A stretch of 64,000 nt of DNA, taken from a plasmid. Below are positions 60,027 through 64,000 of the stretch, piece by piece. The notes below the pieces were generated by a model that worked only from the letters and a program-made list of their open reading frames with translations, was not told the DNA's origin and searched no databases. How positions within the stretch are numbered: the first letter of the stretch is position 1; each line of letters begins with the position of its first letter. Both the position numbers and the translations under genes were made by a program. The stretch is from the sequence record NZ_CP082905.1; one strand, 5' to 3'.

Positions 60027-62897
60027 TTACGGCTTTTTCTTTTGCTCATCAAGGAATTCTTTTGTCTTCTCATTTTTATTGAGCATATCATTAGCTTCTT
60101 TTGGGAGCCAATTCCCTTGAGCTTTATCAGCTGCAGTCTTTTCACGCTGATAATTTTGACCTGCTCGGCTAAATTCATCTTGTCTTTCATTTACTCCTGC
60201 CTGAGATTTAGCTTCACCTGAATTCAGTTCCGTCTGTGCTTGGCTCGCTCTTTTATTCACGGCTGCACTTTGGGCCTCAACTTCTCCGCTCACATCTGTA
60301 CGAATGCTGTTCTTGGCCACACCCGCTTTAATGCTCTGGTTTGCGCTGTTATATCCGCTACCAAACTGCGTACCTGCTGTATTCGCCGGTGCGCCCATAC
60401 CTTCTCCCGTACTTCCTGAGTTGCGCGCATAATCACCATCAATACGCCCCTGAAGCTTCTCAGCAAAGAACTCCTGAACCAGACCGTCACGCTGTTTCTG
60501 AACGTTTTCATCTGAAGTATTGGTAAGAATGGTTTCGGCATTACCTGGCGAACGCTGCATTGCCCACTGCACAAACTGCTGCGTGTAGTTGTCGCGCGCG
60601 CCTGCGCTGAGCGTTTCGGTCTCAGAGGCCATCTTCTGCAGCTCATGCGTATGTGACTGGCTGGCAGTGTACTGCGCATATTTGCTGTCAGAGGTAGTGA
60701 TGCCAGAGGAAATCTGGTTCATCAGGCCGGACGCGTTGTTATCAACGTGCTGTCCATTGTAAGTCGTGCTGTAGTTACGCAGCACGTCCATACCCTGACT
60801 GAAGTCCTGCGATTCGCGTGCAGAAATGGTCTGGGAGTTGTCGTTTCCTTTTTGTCCTCCCTGAGTAGTCTGTGATGTTGAACCTGTTCGCCCCGTTGTC
60901 TCAACCCCAGCATGCACATCTGCTTTACCTGAAAAACCAGTTACGAGTTCAGCACCCTTTCCAAACAGATGCTTGCTGCTATCAACACCAGCCTGTACGC
61001 GCGCGCCACCATTAACAGCCAGATCGCGCGATTTGTTTTCAAGCTCAGAGTACGCCTCATTAAGGGAGATATGGTTACGGGTCGCATAGTCCTGCGCCAC
61101 ATTCTGCATTTTGTTCACACGCTCGGCATCGGTCACGCTTAAGCCGGTTGAAGCTGAGAGCGTTTTCGAGTCGCTGTTGCCGAACTGCTCATGGAACTGT
61201 TTGAGCTGCGAGCCGGTTTCCTGCACCGAGTGGTTGTAACCCTGCGCCGCCATTTCGGTCTGTGCCATGCTGTCACGCACCGAGCGCTGCGCTGCGCTTG
61301 CCAGATTGCGGTCAAGGTGCAGATCGACCGGCAGCCGGCTGGTTGCACCTGATGCGTCATACACCGTCTGCCCCTCCTGCGTCATGGTGCGCATCGCCCC
61401 GTTACCCAGCTGCATCGTGGTATTGCCCTCGCGGTATACACGGTTCAGGTCTGTTTTGTGCCCGTTAATGTTATCGAGCTGCACGTTACCCACGCTCATG
61501 TTGCCGGACGCCACCGCGCCGGAATCTGCGGCAGACGCGCTGCTGAGCGCGCTGCCCAGACTGGAGCTGAGACTCGCAAAGCCCTGGCCCAGCCCCGTGA
61601 AAAGACGGAATGCCAGGAACGGTATCGAGAGCATCAGCCAGCCTGCTATACCTGCCGTGGTGGTGCTGGTTTCCATCAGGCGGTTCATGTTGGACAGCGT
61701 CGGTCCCGTGGCGTGGAAGCTGTTCTGCGTGCTGTAGTTCACGGCAAAGTTAAAGATGGCGAACATCACCGGCCAGAGCATCAGGCTCCCCATAAAGTTC
61801 AGGTAGTTCTTGATAACCGACCAGGCAATTTCCCGCACGTACAGCGCCAGCACCATCACCGGGAAGATGCAGATGCAGAACAGCAGCAATACCGTATGCA
61901 GCTGCGGCAGCACCTCCGTTGCGATGGTGTAGCTCACCGCATGCGACAGCCTGAGCTTCATCAGCGACTGCTCGGAGGCAATGTCCACCATCGAGGCGGT
62001 GTCGTTCATGCCCTTCACGTAGCTGTTCAGCCCGCGCCGCAGGCCCGCGACGGCGATGTTCTGCATCATGATGGTCTGCGCAGACTTACTGCTGTCAAAA
62101 AAGTATTCGTAAGAACCCGCCAGCTGCTCGGCATAGACCGTCTGCGGCGCCCGGTTACCCGGCAGCATTCTGGCTGCATGATCCATAAAGGTTGCGCCGG
62201 TGTTGTTTCCCTGTGCCGTCAGCAGGGTTTTTAGTCGCGGTGCCGCCTCGCGGCACACCATGAATGTGGTGCCGGTACCATCACGCCAGTAGACGCCGCG
62301 CAGCGGGCTCGGGTTTTCAAATATCAGCGACGCGACGTCCTCTGACTCCATGACATCCTGCATGCTGTATTTTTGGTTCAGCATGATGTCCGGCACAACG
62401 CAATTTTTAGAAAACTCCCCCATATTGTAGGTGAGCACCGGGTCACGGCTCTGAACAGTAAAGCTGTCCTGCATCAGCTTGCTGGCGAACAGCATGCCGG
62501 TTTTGGTATAAGACCGCTCATCCGGGAAGTGAAAAATATCTTCATAGCCTGTCGTGAGCGTATAGCCCGCGCCGGTAACAAGATACAGCGGCATCGCCAG
62601 GCCTACCGGCACATTATCCACCCGCCCTATAGTATCCGGAGCGGTCAGATCGTTGACCACCACGGTGACCTTTGGCGTCAGCAACAGCGCGGTGACCAGC
62701 ACGAACGTCATTCCCCACCCGAACATGGCGGTCATGTTATGCGTGCGCAGATAGGTCATTACGCAAAAAGCGATGCCCAGCATCTCCGCCACCCAGATTG
62801 TGCTGTGCCAGCCGCCGTTTTCCATCATGGTCGCCACGGCGTTAAGGCCCATCGTGATCATGCCACCGGAACTCACCACCCAGATATCAAGTGCCAT
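60027..62897 (-). CDS. traG: F-type mating-pair stabilisation protein TraG (TrbC/VirB6-like N-terminus)
   Basis: 956 aa; DNVPVGLAMPLYL and the multi-TM N-terminus match F TraG. Confidence 0.95.
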   Translation of the reverse strand: MALDIWVVSSGGMITMGLNAVATMMENGGWHSTIWVAEMLGIAFCVMTYLRTHNMTAMFGWGMTFVLVTALLLTPKVTVVVNDLTAPDTIGRVDNVPVGLAMPLYLVTGAGYTLTTGYEDIFHFPDERSYTKTGMLFASKLMQDSFTVQSRDPVLTYNMGEFSKNCVVPDIMLNQKYSMQDVMESEDVASLIFENPSPLRGVYWRDGTGTTFMVCREAAPRLKTLLTAQGNNTGATFMDHAARMLPGNRAPQTVYAEQLAGSYEYFFDSSKSAQTIMMQNIAVAGLRRGLNSYVKGMNDTASMVDIASEQSLMKLRLSHAVSYTIATEVLPQLHTVLLLFCICIFPVMVLALYVREIAWSVIKNYLNFMGSLMLWPVMFAIFNFAVNYSTQNSFHATGPTLSNMNRLMETSTTTAGIAGWLMLSIPFLAFRLFTGLGQGFASLSSSLGSALSSASAADSGAVASGNMSVGNVQLDNINGHKTDLNRVYREGNTTMQLGNGAMRTMTQEGQTVYDASGATSRLPVDLHLDRNLASAAQRSVRDSMAQTEMAAQGYNHSVQETGSQLKQFHEQFGNSDSKTLSASTGLSVTDAERVNKMQNVAQDYATRNHISLNEAYSELENKSRDLAVNGGARVQAGVDSSKHLFGKGAELVTGFSGKADVHAGVETTGRTGSTSQTTQGGQKGNDNSQTISARESQDFSQGMDVLRNYSTTYNGQHVDNNASGLMNQISSGITTSDSKYAQYTASQSHTHELQKMASETETLSAGARDNYTQQFVQWAMQRSPGNAETILTNTSDENVQKQRDGLVQEFFAEKLQGRIDGDYARNSGSTGEGMGAPANTAGTQFGSGYNSANQSIKAGVAKNSIRTDVSGEVEAQSAAVNKRASQAQTELNSGEAKSQAGVNERQDEFSRAGQNYQREKTAADKAQGNWLPKEANDMLNKNEKTKEFLDEQKKKP

Positions 62898-64000
62898 CAG
62901 TTACTCCCGAATTGATAGTTCGACAGCACGCTGTCGGAGACGGATGAAGAAAGCTGCTGGCGCGTCTCGGACAGGCTGCGATCGTACTCAGCCAGTCCGT
63001 TCTGTTGCACCTGAATGCGCGCGACGCGCTGGCTCAGCTCGTTACGCACCTGACGCAGGTTCTCGCGAAAATGCTTGTTCTCTTCTTCGGTATCGAGCGT
63101 GCCGGCGGCGCCGCTGGCGGCCACGTCAATCAGCCCGTTGATATAGGACATCACCATGTCGGCCGCGATGTACTCCGCCAGGCTGCTGACCACGCTCTGA
63201 TCCATGCCCACCGACGCCGAGTCGATGGTGTAACGCAGGATACGCACGCGGGTGCTGCTGATGAGCGCCTTCTCGCTTTCGGTCAGCGCCGTATCGCTGC
63301 GGGCCTTATCAAAAATGTCGTTAAGCATGTCACGCACCCGGCCGGTCATGCCTTCGTCTTCCGACAGGGTCAGATTCGCAATGGTTGGCGACAGACAGGT
63401 GGTGTTGTCGTTACAGCGGTAGATTTTCTCGGTTCCGCCGTTCAGCAGCGTGTTAAACATCGACTCGCTGCCCCCGCGCGGCTGCAGGAATGTCGGGTTA
63501 CCGTTCGCGTCATAAATCACTGTGCCAACCATCGACATAATGAATTCCTTGAGTGCGCGGTCGTTGCTGAAGAACTGGTTCAGTTTTGTGAACGTTTCCC
63601 ATGTCAGGTTGCGGTTACGCGGGATGCGCTTCTTCTCTTCGTCAGTCGCCTTGCTGAACACGCTGTTGGTTTCGCCACCGACACCGCAGCCCTGACGGGA
63701 CGCCGCCCAGTCGGAAAACACATCGTGTTTGGTGCCGAGGTCCTGGCAGATTTGCGCGCTGGCCGCCTGCGTCTTTGGCCACAGGCCGCCGACGATGGAC
63801 TGCGCGGCCTGACAGGTGGAAATATTCATGTTGTTGGTGTCCGCCGCAAGCTTCTGCAGGTAGTCCTTCACCGCCTTGCACTGCGGGCAGATGGTTTCGA
63901 GCCCGAGGTCAAAGGCGTAACCGGCAGCATTGCTGAGGATCTGCTTGCCCATGATTTTGATGCTGTCGCTGTTGATGAAGCTGAACGAGCCCAGATAGGC
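62897..64000 (-). CDS. traH: F-type pilus assembly protein TraH (3' portion; gene continues beyond the window end)
   Basis: QILSNAAGYAFDLGLETICPQ ... SCQAAQ ... aligns with the F TraH C-terminal ~350 aa. Confidence 0.9.
   Translation of the reverse strand, partial: AYLGSFSFINSDSIKIMGKQILSNAAGYAFDLGLETICPQCKAVKDYLQKLAADTNNMNISTCQAAQSIVGGLWPKTQAASAQICQDLGTKHDVFSDWAASRQGCGVGGETNSVFSKATDEEKKRIPRNRNLTWETFTKLNQFFSNDRALKEFIMSMVGTVIYDANGNPTFLQPRGGSESMFNTLLNGGTEKIYRCNDNTTCLSPTIANLTLSEDEGMTGRVRDMLNDIFDKARSDTALTESEKALISSTRVRILRYTIDSASVGMDQSVVSSLAEYIAADMVMSYINGLIDVAASGAAGTLDTEEENKHFRENLRQVRNELSQRVARIQVQQNGLAEYDRSLSETRQQLSSSVSDSVLSNYQFGSN

Overview
This 64-kb window reads as one contiguous piece of a large F-like (IncF-type, multi-replicon) conjugative plasmid from an enterobacterium.

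Gene layout, low to high coordinates:
- An EcoRII-type restriction-modification pair, with convergent endonuclease and Dcm-like C5-methyltransferase genes.
- A leading-region block: ssb, a DUF905 (YkfF-like) gene, and unknown genes.
- A LexA-box-controlled umuDC operon. umuC is split by an ~18.7-kb heavy-metal island. The island carries arsRBC, arsH with an arsR-family gene, a LysR/MFS/GNAT module, two adjacent tyrosine recombinases, and a pcoABCDRS copper cluster with accessory metal-binding proteins.
- parMR-type partition genes.
- A ~5-kb accessory stretch of small or unknown genes punctuated by at least 9 copies of a conserved intergenic repeat. It includes a TIR-like-domain protein.
- A ResD-type resolvase with its res site.
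- A detox and redox cluster: LysR regulator, alpha/beta hydrolase, Zn-ADH formaldehyde dehydrogenase, frmR-frmA, a glyoxalase, and a 5'-truncated quinone-oxidoreductase gene. An IS3-family element sits inside it.
- Tn3-family remnants.
- A RepFIB-type iteron replicon.
- An IncFII-type copB-repA1 replicon.
- The distal end of the transfer operon, on the minus strand: traH (partial), traG, traS-like, an unknown gene where traT is expected, traD and traI.

Most interesting: the recombinase-bearing metal island inside umuC, the repeat-punctuated accessory array with a TIR-like protein, the non-TraT gene in the traT slot, and leading-region unknowns preceded by two copies of a Frpo-like ssDNA-promoter-type repeat.
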